A stretch of 64,000 nt of DNA, taken from positions 3,782,001 through 3,846,000 of the forward strand of contig OZ218951.1 in the NCBI GenBank assembly GCA_965112735.1, written 5' to 3'. The notes beneath the pieces are model-generated. The model had not been told where the DNA came from, did not search any database, and saw only the letters and a program-made list of their open reading frames with translations. Both the position numbers and the translations under genes were made by a program. This document shows, in pieces, positions 35,488 to 47,237 of this stretch; the first letter of the stretch is position 1, and every line of letters starts with the position of its first letter. Origin of the DNA: Phaeosaccion multiseriatum (Eukaryota > Protista > Ochrophyta, other classes).

Positions 35488-35611
35488 TGCCCTCCTTTTG
35501 GGAGGGTGTGGGTCAACCGTTGCTGTCTTCGGACAAGTTGTCCGAAGACGGTCACTCCCCCTTTTTCTTCTTCCCTTCCTTCTGATCTCCTTCTACCCTC
35601 TTGTATCTCCA

Positions 35612-36578
35612 ATGGATGAGGGAGCGGCGGCAAACGCCGCCTCTGCTGGGGTCGAGAAAGAATCACTCGACAGGCTGGTGATGAACTATCTGGTTGTACA
35701 GGGCCACGAGAAGGCCGCAGCGACTCTCCGCGAGGAGTCCCCTGGCTGCCAGGTCAATCTCGACGAGATTAGAGAGAGAGTAGAAATAAGAAGGGCGGTG
35801 ATGGCCGGGGATGTCGGCCGAGCAGCAAGTCTTGTCGACAAGCTCTATCCCCAGCTACTCGCGCGAAACAAGTGAGTGAGTCTTGAGAGGGGGGGGAGGG
35901 AAGAGGAGAAAAAGACATGCTCTCCGGGACTTGAGGCTTTGGACCCCACCAGCAGCTCACACGAATGGGTTTGCTTTTCCTCTCTCCAATGCCCTCTTTT
36001 TTGTTATTGGGATACAGGGAGCTGCATTTCATGTTGCTAAGGCAACAGCTGCTGGAGCTGATCCGTTCCGGTGACATCAGCGGGGCCTTGAGCTTTGCGA
36101 CTGAGAGACTGTGTGTATTTGCAGATACGGAACCTACGGCACTCACTCAATTGGAGGAGGCAAGTAAATATGTAAATACAAGGCTTGTCCCCCATGTATC
36201 TGTGCTACTAGAGACCTTCTAACCCTCGCCACCCCCTTTGCAGACGATGTCTCTGCTGGCCTTCTCTCCGCCCAGCAGTGCCCCTCCGGCCATCGCGGCG
36301 CAGCTGGAGCTGGAAAACAGAAACGTCACCGCAAGTAGGCTAAACTCAGCTCTCTTGGTCAGGTGAGCGATGAAGGCCCTCTTCCTCCAAGCCAAGGTCA
36401 CGCGCTTTGTTACTCAAGATTGATGCCTCTCGTTCGTTTGTCCGCATGAATCATTCTTCGCAGCAAGTATCAAGATGATGAGCCAAAGCTATCCGGATTA
36501 CTGCGGCTGCTTGTGCATACTCAAGACCAGCTGCAGAAGACGCCATTTCCTGCGATTAGTGGATTCTCCCCCGCCTGA
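35612..36578 (+). CDS. GID8: GID8/TWA1 (LisH-CTLH-CRA) subunit of the CTLH E3 ligase, 4 exons
   Basis: LDRLVMNYLVVQG, LHFMLLRQQLLELIRSG, LEE/TMSLLAF, EPKLSGLLRLL. Confidence 0.88.
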
Positions 36579-37284
36579 AGGGCCAAACTCTCCTCCTGTG
36601 CGGAGCAACTAAAAGCTGACGCAAAGGCCAGGATGGAAACAACTGGCTGCGTTGGCCCACTTCGCTTGTGTGATGCTCCCAGCAGGGGGCTGTATCCCTC
36701 CAAGCAGGCAGCAGGAGAGCGCGATGATTGTGCAGCTCAGGTGGACGTGACGTGCAAATCGCCGCGGTGTGCCCCAGCTGTGGAGGACTGGAGTGGCTTG
36801 CGGAAATGGTGGCGGCTCGGCCTATCCACGGCGTTTGCCCCACTACAAGATTCGCCAGAGAAGCCCCCAGAGCAGCAAACACAAGGAGGCGAGAGAGGAG
36901 GCCTGCCCTCTCCGCACGACACCCCAGTCCATTGAGGACACTTTTTCGTTTTTCGGCTCGACTTGACTTGGGCGCACGGCTTCCAATCCTTCTCGCCTTT
37001 GGTTGGCAAGGGGCTTCAGTTCATCTGCTGTCCTGGTCGACGGGTAGTGTAAGGGCCAGCCGCGCTTTGATGGGGAGTTGGGCTGTGATCTCGTGCGACT
37101 GCGACCCACCAGCAGCAGCACCAGCGAGAAACCCACTCATCAGGGGGCACCACTGGCCGAAGCAAGACCCTAGGCGCCACTCAGTGTCCATGCTCTGCTG
37201 ATGGTGAAGAACTTTGCTTCCCCTCACTCATGTCGCCGAGAGGAAAGCATCTCCAAATCAAATGCGCCCCCTTTCTTTGGTTGT

Positions 37285-38252
37285 CTAAATCGAGTCCAAG
37301 TCGAAATTGAAGTCCAGGCCAGTCATAATCTCCTGTTCGAGGCTCTCATCATCCAGCTGAACCACGCTACTCAGCTCGTCTGCGTGGGCGTGCTCGCTGG
37401 TGGCCTTCTTTGACGTCGCCACACTAGGCGTAGACTCGGCAGCGTCTGGTTGGGAAACTACCGGAGGCGCATGCTCCGGCGGAACGTCTGCAAGCTTGAG
37501 TAATATTTCCGGATGCCGCAATAAAATATCATGGCCGAAGAGGCCCTGTTCTCCCTTTGGGTTTTGGGAAGGCACCCCGTCTTTACCCACCGCCTCGTCC
37601 TTAATTTCAATGCTCAATCCTGCCATTTTCCCTTGCTCAGCTGAGGCGGGGTCCAGCATCCATGGCTCGAAATCAACCACTTCCTCGTACACCTCCTTGC
37701 ATTGGTCGTGCCCTCCAAAATCTCGAATCGCAATGAGCTGCTCCTCCACTGCTTTGACTTGTGCCTTGGGATACGTGCCCCTCGGCCGCCTTGCCTTCAC
37801 AAACTTGCGCTGCACAACGTTCTGGGTGGGTGGTGTGAGGCCATCGCCCTGGCTGCTGTCATGCGGCCTGTCGGCCTCGTTCGCGTAAACAATGAGCATT
37901 TGCCCCACGTCCCCACTCTTGAAATACTCTGCCTTGTCCACCGTCTTGAGCGTCTCCACAAAGCAGGGCAGGTTCACCAACAGAGCGGGGTACTTGACTC
38001 CGTCCAGAGTGAATCGAAACCTTCGGAGGGGGGAGGGGGGAGGGGGAAGCATAAGTGTCAGCCCTTCTGTCGATCAAGAGCTTCCCGCCCCTCTCTCCTC
38101 AGTCCTCCTCACCTCATTGGGAAGTTGGCAGTATCCTCCGGCTCCACAGACACGCCCTCCAGAGCATTTTCGTTGGCAGAGAGAATCTCCCGCATTCTTT
38201 TGGTGCAGGGATCGGGTAGCTTCAGCAGCAGCTGCCTGTACGCATTAGCCAT
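37285..38252 (-). CDS. TAF7: TFIID subunit 7, 2 exons
   Basis: QLLLKLP, YPALLVNLPCFVETLKTVDKAEYFKSGDVGQML, GLTPPTQNVVQRKF. Confidence 0.88.
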
Positions 38253-38387
38253 AGCCCTTCGAAGGGGGGAAGGTGTCAATAGAACAGCCCCCCCCTCAAT
38301 ATACCGTCAATCAATAGGCAATGAAAAATTAAGATTACGTAATTTGTGGCCTTAAACCCCTCAGGGAGTCTCCTACTGCTTCAACAG

Positions 38388-39129
38388 ATGTCGTCGCCCA
38401 TGGCCAGTCTACTGCGTAGGGTAGTCTTTGTCGCGCTCTTTGCTGGGGCCTTAGGGTTCGCCCCTCCCCTGACTGCTCGCTTGGCGGGGAGGACCCCTGG
38501 TTTTCCATCCGCCTTGGCAACCTGCGTGCCTGGGAGGTATATCCACTCTGTGTTTGTTGTTCATGCTCGCGTAAATGGTTGAAAACTACTGTGTGCGACG
38601 GATCCCGTCGTGGCTCTTGCTGCTGCTGCTGCTGCGTTGCTAATCCTTTGTTTCTTTGTCCGACCCGCAACCCCCAACAGCTCCTTCATGCCTCCACGCT
38701 CGCTGCCTGCGGCTGCTTCTGGACGCTGCACGGGGCTCCAGCAGCGGCAGCAGCAGGGGAGGTGTAGTGTGCAGATGGGTCTCTTCGGCCTTGGTGCACC
38801 AGAGGTGGCTGTCATTCTCGTGGCAGCGGCCCTGATCCTGGGCCCGGACAAGCTGTCTGATTTCGCCAAGGACGCGGGCAAGATGGCAGGGGAGCTGAAA
38901 GAGGTGAGCATCATTCGTAACGTGGGCAGGCAGCAGCGAGGCATATGTGCCAACGGGCCTTCTCACCAACACCACGATTTGCAATGCCCTTGCACCTCAG
39001 GTCCCAAAAGAGTTTCAAGCCGGGATTGCGGAGGGAGAGGCGAGCATGGCAGATATTAAGGGAGAGGCGGATGCGGTTCCGGAGAAGGCCGGTGTCAAGG
39101 ACGCCGAGGTAAAGAAGAGCACTGACTGA
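38388..39129 (+). CDS. tatA: Plastid-targeted TatA/Tha4-family thylakoid translocase subunit, 3 exons
   Basis: Signal peptide ending ALG-FAP (ASAFAP-like); mature GLFGLGAPEVAVILVAAALILGPDKL...VPKEFQ. TatB/Hcf106 is not excluded. Confidence 0.8.
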
Positions 39130-39285
39130 CGGTCTCTACATTAGATCGCATCAGAGGTAGGGTAGTGTAATAACTATACGAAAAGAGAGGGAAAGAAGAG
39201 CACTGACTGACGGTCTCTACATTAGTGTAATAACTATACGTAAATTAATTATACCGGCGTTGCTGTGCTGTGGGCTACTCTACTT

Positions 39286-41600
39286 CTACGACTTCTTCTC
39301 CTTCTCCTTAATGAGTTTGTCTAAAGTCCTGGCAGAATTCAGCCACACTAAGATGATGCAGCCCAGAATGCCTGCCAGGTAGGGGGTAGATGCGGCCAAG
39401 CTGCCCAAGCTCACAATGAGGATCTGCTGAATGAAGGAGCCTCCACTCTTTCCAAGCGGGTTGCCAATAACATCGACCACGGCCTTGCCCTTGGTTCGCT
39501 GCTCGGCGTCGAGTGGAATGTACGCCATCTCCTTGCATGGGTCGAACAAGGAGTACTGCAGTGGGGAGAGGGAAAGGAGGGGCGCAGGGGGGGGGGAGCG
39601 ATGGAAGAGTGAGTGACCGCCATATTACGGGGGAAGATGCATCGAAACACTCCTCTCTCCACTGTATTATACCCCACCTTGCTGCTCTTGCTGAGAATAT
39701 TTTGCGCCGCCCCGATGAGCACCGCGGCCATGAGTGGCGTGGTGCCCAGGTTGCTGAGGATGGGTGCCCAAAAGTCGCTGAACAGAATGAGACTGAAGAA
39801 GCCTGTGCCAGTGAGAGCCAGCACAGTTGGTGTAACCAGCGCAGCGGCCCCCCACCCGAAGCGAGTGAAGATGAAGCGGCCAATAAGCATCATGAAGAGC
39901 GTGACGGTCCCCTGTGGTGCAAAGAGGAGAAACGAAGAAAGAAGACAACAAGGCCGCCGGGGAGGGTCAGAGGAAAGAAAGAAAAGGGGCGTAGCGTGGC
40001 GTACACTCCAAGGCACGTACCGTGACGGAGCTGAAGTTGCCCATGAAGGTGGAGTATTCATTGGGGTCAGGGAATGCCGCCTTGAGCTTGCCCTTCCAGG
40101 TCACTTCGACAATGTTGATGCTCATCCCGTACGCGATGACCAGCATGGCCAAGTTGCGAATGTAGGCACTCTTGGCCAAGTAGCTTGCGCTCTCCTTCAG
40201 ACTCATGCTGGTGGCTGACTTGCCCGACTTTTGGGCGCGCTCCTCCGGCACACACTCTGGGTCAGAAAAGACGTTCTTTTGCATGTGGGCGTAGAGGCCC
40301 ACAATCACCGTGCCGAAGAGGCACACGGCACCCATGAGCATCTTGAGCGAGGCGCCCCACTGGTCCACGCCTGGTGCCATGTTTGCCCGCAAACTCGACA
40401 CCAGTTTCACATACTGTCCGCTGAAAATCAAGGCCACATTGGCTCCCAGTCCGAAGAGCGGGTAGTACTTCTTGGCCTCCTTCGTAGTGGTCACCTGGTT
40501 GGCAAGGCCCCAGAAAAGCACGCTCACCACGACGGAGCCCCACAGCTCCGCCATGGTGTAGAATATCTGTGGCGCATTGTTGGACGGAAAAGCTCTCGTG
40601 TTAAGACTCCGGGAAGAGCCATATGTTGTGGAGGTGGGAAGGTACGTACCGCGTAGGTCCAGTTGCGGAAGATGGAGATGAGCGGTTTAAACGCAACGGG
40701 CAGAACCGTAAGGAGCCAGTCTGCGGTGGCGTTGGGGTGAAGTATCTCCCGGGCCTAGAGTAGGGACAAGAGGAGAGGAAGGTGGAAGTGAGTACAGAGC
40801 GCGAGGTGGGAACTCCGTATACACATGCGTCATGCACTCACTGGGTAGATGAAGCCAGCAAAGAGCGCGAAGAACATCAAAAAGGGCGCAACGCAAGCGT
40901 AAAACACTTTCTGTGGGGACATTTTGTTGTTCATCTTGGCGTACGCCACCGTAAACGCGATGGCCGCCGGCAGGTTCACATAGGTCTGCTCGGGCAAGAA
41001 CAATGGAAGGAGGCACACAGGGGCGTCAGGGCAAGGGAGGCCAGAAGAGAGACTCGACACCCTCCCTGGACATGCCCGTACCTTGAGAAAGGGGATGATC
41101 TCCGCACCAGAGCCCTTTGCTGTGACAACGAGCACATCCTTGGTGTCCCTCAGGATGGTGTAGTTAAAGAGAATGCAAAAGAACATGAGAGCGAGAGGGA
41201 GCAGCTTCTTGCGCTCCACCCTGGTCGGCATGAGGTCCGAAAGCTTGCCCTTCAGCCCTTTGGGTTCGGCCTTCGCCTTTGCTCCTCCAGTCACGGTCTC
41301 GGCCACCTCCTTGGCCCCCCTCTCCAACGGCAGATCGGGCGAGTCTCCTCCTCCATCAGAGCCAGCACGAAGCGAAATGAGCGCCCGTCTTGCACTAATG
41401 TGCGTCAAGGACTTCGTTGTCGAAAAAGTTGCGGCGCGCCCATGCGAGAGCTGCTGCTGCTGCTGTTGTTGTTGTTGGTGCTGCAGGTGGGGTTGTCGAC
41501 TGCCCGCCTGAAGGGGCGACGACACTGCTGCAAAGCCCTCCACGGCATGCACACCAGCAGAAGAGCAGCACGCCACGAGGAGCAATAGGCTCCCCAGCAT
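39286..41600 (-). CDS. NTT: Plastid nucleotide (ATP/ADP) transporter, NTT/TLC family, multi-exon
   Basis: FNYTILRDTKDVLVVT, AELWGSVVVSVLFWG, SINIVEVTWK, FDPCKEMAYIPLD...GKSGG; bipartite presequence VEG-FAA. Confidence 0.93.
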
Positions 41601-41769
41601 CTTTGTCGTTTGCGGACACAGCGGCAGCTCCAAAATGTCCTTTTGTATGTGAGGACGTGAGGACGTGAGGCTGAAATAAAGTGAACTTCCACGTAATCTT
41701 ACGTAAAGCCCCAATTGACTCAGTTGAAGTTGAGTTGAAGTAGTCGCTTCCCCCTTTCCTCCGCTACAC

Positions 41770-42050
41770 TCGACGACCCCTGACACGCTATCGCCCACTT
41801 TCTCGATAGCGGATAGCGGATCGGCTGGCGCCGGCGACAGCGGATAGCACGCCCCCACAACCCCCCCCCCCCCCCCCCCAAAGCCGGCTGGCGCCGGCGA
41901 TAGCGGATAGCGCGCCGGCTGGCGCCGGCCGATAGCGGATAGCGGATAGCGTGTCAGGGGTCGACTCGAACCCCTGACGTGATTCTGGCACCGCTACAGG
42001 CGTGATGCGTGCTTCTCGGTGCCCTCCCTCAGAATCACGTCAGGGGTCGA
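41770..42050. mobile_element. Short related MITE (TIR core CCCCTGACGTGATTCTG) whose left end hosts the 41774-41963 insertion; CTACAC direct repeats
   Basis: Inverted repeats at 41971-41987 and 42030-42046; CTACAC at 41764-41769 and 42051-42056. Confidence 0.65.
41774..41963. mobile_element. 190-bp MITE with perfect 19-bp TIR CGACCCCTGACACGCTATC, flanked by ACTCGA direct repeats
   Basis: TIRs at 41774-41792 and 41945-41963; ACTCGA at 41768-41773 and 41964-41969; internal GATAGC and CCGGCTGGCGCCGG repeats. Confidence 0.8.
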
Positions 42051-42095
42051 CTACACAACATAATACAAACAGAGCAGAACAAAAATGAGAGATGC

Positions 42096-42369
42096 TCGAC
42101 CTCTGATGCGCTATTGAGCTATCAATAGCTGATAGTGATAGCTGATAGCGTACGGGCTGGCGCCGACCATAGCTGGTCCACATCGCGCCGACAATACAGT
42201 AGGGAGGCTAGCTCAATCATGTCTGGTGGTTAGCGGCGCAATAGCTGAGTAGGGAGGGATAGCTGATAGCGTGCCGGCTGGGTGGTGCGCCGGCTGCGCT
42301 GGCGAATAGCTGGTCGCGTGCCAGCTGACGCCGGCAAAAGCGATAGCTCAATACCGCATCAGGGGTCGA
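42096..42369. mobile_element. MITE with 27-bp TIR (2 mismatches) CGACC(T/C)CTGATGCG(C/G)TATTGAGCTATC and AGATGC(T) flanking repeats
   Basis: TIRs at 42097-42123 and 42342-42368; AGATGCT at 42090-42096 and 42371-42377; internal ATAGC array. Confidence 0.75.
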
Positions 42370-42404
42370 AAGATGCTGATACAGAGTGTCGGCGTCGAGC
42401 GTCG

Positions 42405-42560
42405 CACTCACCACTCACTCACGCACCCACTCACCCAAGCAAGCACGCCTGTACACCCGCACGCACTCACGCACGCACGGACCCATTCACTCACTCTCTC
42501 ACTCACTCACTCCTCACTTACTCACTCACTCACTCACTCACACTCTCACTCTCACTCACG
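42405..42560. repeat. (TCAC)n-type microsatellite
   Basis: Direct reading. Confidence 0.85.
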
Positions 42561-42688
42561 CACCGGTGCACTCGTTCTGGAGGTGATCGGTCTGCATTTC
42601 CACGGGCATCGCTGGGAATAATATCTGTACACTGATTCATTATAAGGCAGAGGGATAAAAGGGGGTTGTTTGGCCCCAAACAATAGTT

Positions 42689-43698
42689 TCACATCCCAGC
42701 CACCTCGAGGTGACTCTTGTCCGAAAAGAACTTTGTGTGGTGCACCGGGCCGAACTCTGGGCTTTGATACTTCCAGTTGTGGGCACCGTCGCCAATGTCT
42801 TGGCTCATCGTTCGATATCCTGTGTGCGGTTTTCGAGAACAAGCTGAGGTTACTACTGACTGGCACAAAGAGGAAGAATGCTACTGCGCCAAGGCCTGTG
42901 CTCCTCACCTCCCATGCGCTTCTCCTGGTCCACACGTAGAGTGTAGAACCGATCACGGCCGCTTTTCGGGTCAAACTCTGTCACCTGGTTGCGCCCTATA
43001 TCGTACAGAAAGCGCGTCTCTTTTAAATGCGACGGGAAGGTCCGTGTGGAGTTGTACTTTTCCTCTGCCCGAGCTAACACCTCCTCCTCGACTTCTGGGT
43101 TCCGCTTGGAGTCTATGAGGCGTTGTTCGCGTTTCAGCAAGTCCTATTTTCAGAAGAATAGGGGGAGGGTTGGGGAGGAGAACAGAAGGAGGTCGTCCGT
43201 AAGGGGGGGCGTCAACACCCCACGACCTTTCCTAAGCTGCACTTACTCGATACTGCTCAGTCCTGATTGTGGCCGTAAACTCTCCTCGTCGGAAGGCTAT
43301 TTCGCGTTAGAATGGGAGAGGGAGGGAGAAAACACGCAGCAAAGTATGATTAACATTTAGATTGAGCGAATAGAAAAGTCTGTCATGCAGTCGCCCAGAT
43401 CCATTAGTGGGAGCGGCCTTCTTTTATCGAATCCAAACTCACCATCCTTCGTTCCGAACCCGAGCTTTCGATTCTTTTGGGTCAGGGAGAAGCGCTCCAT
43501 CTCGGCGTACTTGTCTCCAGCGTACAGGAGCTTGGAGAAGTTGCCATTCTCTGCGTTTTGCGGCTTGGCTGGAATGGCAAAGCCCTTGCCGCCCCAGCGC
43601 TCAGGGAGCTTGTCCCCCCGGGCGTGATACTTGTCCCCAATGGTTATGAAGGCATTTCCCTCGACGAGCCCCTTGTTCACTCTCTTGGTGGAGTACAT
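42689..43698 (-). CDS. Flagellar-associated protein, CFAP96/C4orf47 (DUF4586)-like, 4 exons
   Basis: FITIGDKY; KLGFGTKDAFRRGEFTATIRTEQYRDLLKRE after splicing; canonical introns. Family call is from memory. Confidence 0.6.
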
Positions 43699-43981
43699 AA
43701 CGCCTCAGCTCTTCCGAGGGTTCCTTGCTGCTGCTACTACGCCTGCTTCTTTGCTGCAGCTTGTTCCCAGCTGCCCCGTCCCTCAAAGATGAAACCGTAA
43801 AAGAAGGGGTAAAAGACGACGACGATATCACCAACTTCTTTGTAGTCAAGCTGAAACCCAAACCTTTGACGGTTGTTTCGACGAGTATCACCGTGAGGCT
43901 GCAGTTCGTTCACCGTTATTAAGGCACTTTCAATTTCACCCCCCCCTTTCTTCTCGTCTTTACTCTCTTCCATCTCTTTGA

Positions 43982-44599
<618 letters not shown>

Positions 44600-44927
44600 A
44601 GGGGTCCATATGCTTGCTTGGTTGGTGTATATATATAGATAACTTACACAAATGCGTCCTGCGGCCTGTCACTGCATTGCTGCGAACTCAAACAGTGGGG
44701 GATACGTGGCCCTGGCTCCAGAAGTTAAGGCCCTCCTCTTTTTTCCGTCTCTCCATTTGATCCAATTCACCACGAGGAGTGTGCTGAGATGTCGATGGCC
44801 AAGAAATGTGCACCACCACCACCACGTATGCATTATTGAAAGGCAGTGCAGAAGGAAGAGCGACGGCGCAAGGACTGTCCCCATTGACACTCGCCACCTA
44901 ACATTTTTTGTCATCATATCAACAGAT

Positions 44928-47113
44928 TTATTCCATCCACTTGATGGAGCCCACCAGTAGGTAATTGCTGGGCAAGGCCCCAGGACAGGGGCTGAGGCAA
45001 GTGATCCGCCTCCGCTCCACGTTAATGTCACTCACGTATACGAAGCCGGCCGCGTTGCTGCGGAAAAACAAAAGCATGTCGGTTAGACGCAAGAAATACA
45101 CGGACGAGACTTGCTTGACTGCAAGTGCGCCGCACCCACCTGTGAAGCAAGGCCCTGCTCAGTTCCTCGTCGTCTTCGTCGTCCTCTTGCCGTTCTTGTC
45201 CCATGACACTCCCGTCCGATCTCAAGGGCGGGTGACACACGCTCAGCAGCGAGTTGAGCAAGCCCAGTCCCGGACTAATCCGGGTCACAGTCATGGCGCC
45301 AAACATAGAAGCCTGCGTAGAGAGACGAATACAAGAGGGTAGATGCAGATAGAAAAGCAAGCTTACAGAGAGGTTGAGAAAGAAAAAAGAAGAAAGGTTC
45401 CTTACCTGGCCTACGGGCAGCATGGTGTCGGCCAGCCCCTGCGGCCCCCCGAACTGATAGATCTTGACGTCGTCGAAGTTGAGTTCGAGCATCGAGGGGC
45501 TCAGAGGGGGCGGCATTCCCTTGTGCTGGCTGGTCTTTGGGTGCGCACTTCCGTAAAAGTACTCCCGTATGCGGCTTGTGCGCGCAGCTCGCCTGCAGAG
45601 AGAGAGAGGAGAAAGCTCAAACGAAGCCTTTTGTCCGTGTATGCGTAGGGAACTTTACCTGAAGCGTGCATCTCTGAGCACCACGCCTGCTGAGCGATCG
45701 AGGCGCACCACCCGTACATCTCTACCTCTTGTTGACATGTCAGAGGCCAGCTGGCTCATCTCAGAGTACAGTCGGTCGTGCCCCAACACCAGGATAATGT
45801 CCACCGACAGCGCCTATTCAATCGTACCCAAAAAAATGGTCTGTTTTCAGTCTTACACCATACTGCTTTCTGCGACTGGTCGCGGTACTTACACGTATAC
45901 AGTGATGCAAGAGCTGCCCCCCTAGACCATCAATCCACCCGCAGGTGTTGATGATCACTCCGGCCGCACTAGCCGCCGTGTCATTTGCCAGCCGATGGTC
46001 CACACACTCTGCCAGCCGTGTCACCTGCGCGTCCGTAAGTGTTGTCAGCCCTTGTTCAAAAAGCTGAGGTGTAGGTACACACTTTGGAAACTTACCAGTC
46101 GCTTGTACACTTCCGGATTCTCTGCGAGCTGGGTGTGGCCTGTATAGAGTCGGGATCGGGCGTATTTACTATACAGAGTCGTTTATGCTCAACTGAAAGG
46201 TACTGCCTCTCGCAGACGTACCATAGTAGAAGCTGAGCGGAGCCGCCAGGCTAAACCCCTCCTCAATGGACAACTGGAGGAGCGAAAAGAAAGTGTGCGG
46301 GGGTCAGGGCGAAAGGAACACACATACAGGCTTGTTTACCCTGCCTTACCGTGCTACTATCCACCGCTGCCGCGCTAATGGTCCCAGGCACCGTAATCTG
46401 ACCCTGTCCTACGTCCAGATCCACGTAGGTTGGGCTCCGACTGAGCCGTACCGCGTAAGACGTCAGGGTGGCCGCCAGAGTCTGTCAGCAGCATGGACAA
46501 GTTAGTGTGACTTGCCGGAGGCTCATTCGTACTGCAGTCTACGATCTACCCCCTCCTTCCACCTACCGACTTGCCACAATCTGTCGGCCCCACAATGATG
46601 ACCCTTGGCCCGGTCACGCCTCTGCTCGTGGGATTGGCTTTGAGGTGGGCCAGCGCTACATCCCTTCTCGCCTCCAGCTGCGAGTGTGTATTTACATAAC
46701 TGAGCATGGGCGTGTCCCCTTGGACGTACGCCACGGTCGGCTTGCCTGCAGAGAACAGACGCTGCTGGTCAGCACACAGAGCGCCGTCCACATTTACGGG
46801 CCTTGCCGCCGTACCTACGACCTCCAGACGGCAGCCGTAAAACGTGAATATGGCAAGCTTCGTGTCGTTGAAGCTGTATTCACGATTCGGAGAGAGCTCC
46901 ACCCCGAAGATCTCCGCAGTTCCTTCCTTCAGCTGGCAGCAAGGGGGGGGGGGGGATGGCTGAGGCAGGATGCTCTTTCCCCCAGCCAAAATGCACAAGC
47001 CCACGACTCACCACGACCTCGACCACCTCATCAGATGAGACCTCCAGCCGCAGCTCCACCTCCTTATCCAAGTCCCACATCCTGCGAAGGAGCTTCTTCC
47101 TGTCATCGCTCAT
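44928..47113 (-). CDS. CLP1: Polyribonucleotide 5'-hydroxyl kinase / cleavage factor CLP1, multi-exon
   Basis: ELRLEV, GTAEIFGVEL, GPTDCGKS, YVDLDVGQG, GVIINTCGWIDG, LSPCPGALPS. Confidence 0.92.
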
Positions 47114-47237
47114 AACCTATCCCAGAGGATGGGGCAATGATGAGGCCGAGAGGGCTAAGTGGAGAACCAACAGGCTAGGCACATGTCAGTGAAGGGCCGT
47201 TAGGGCAAGCAAAGTCCTTAAAAAATAAAAGAGGAGG

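Noticed and set aside
36579-37284. Extra small gene between GID8 and TAF7
   Set aside because: No recognisable motifs or consistent splice model; probably convergent UTRs.
38388-41600. Bacterial contamination or recent HGT of tatA/NTT
   Set aside because: Both have spliceosomal introns and plastid-targeting presequences.
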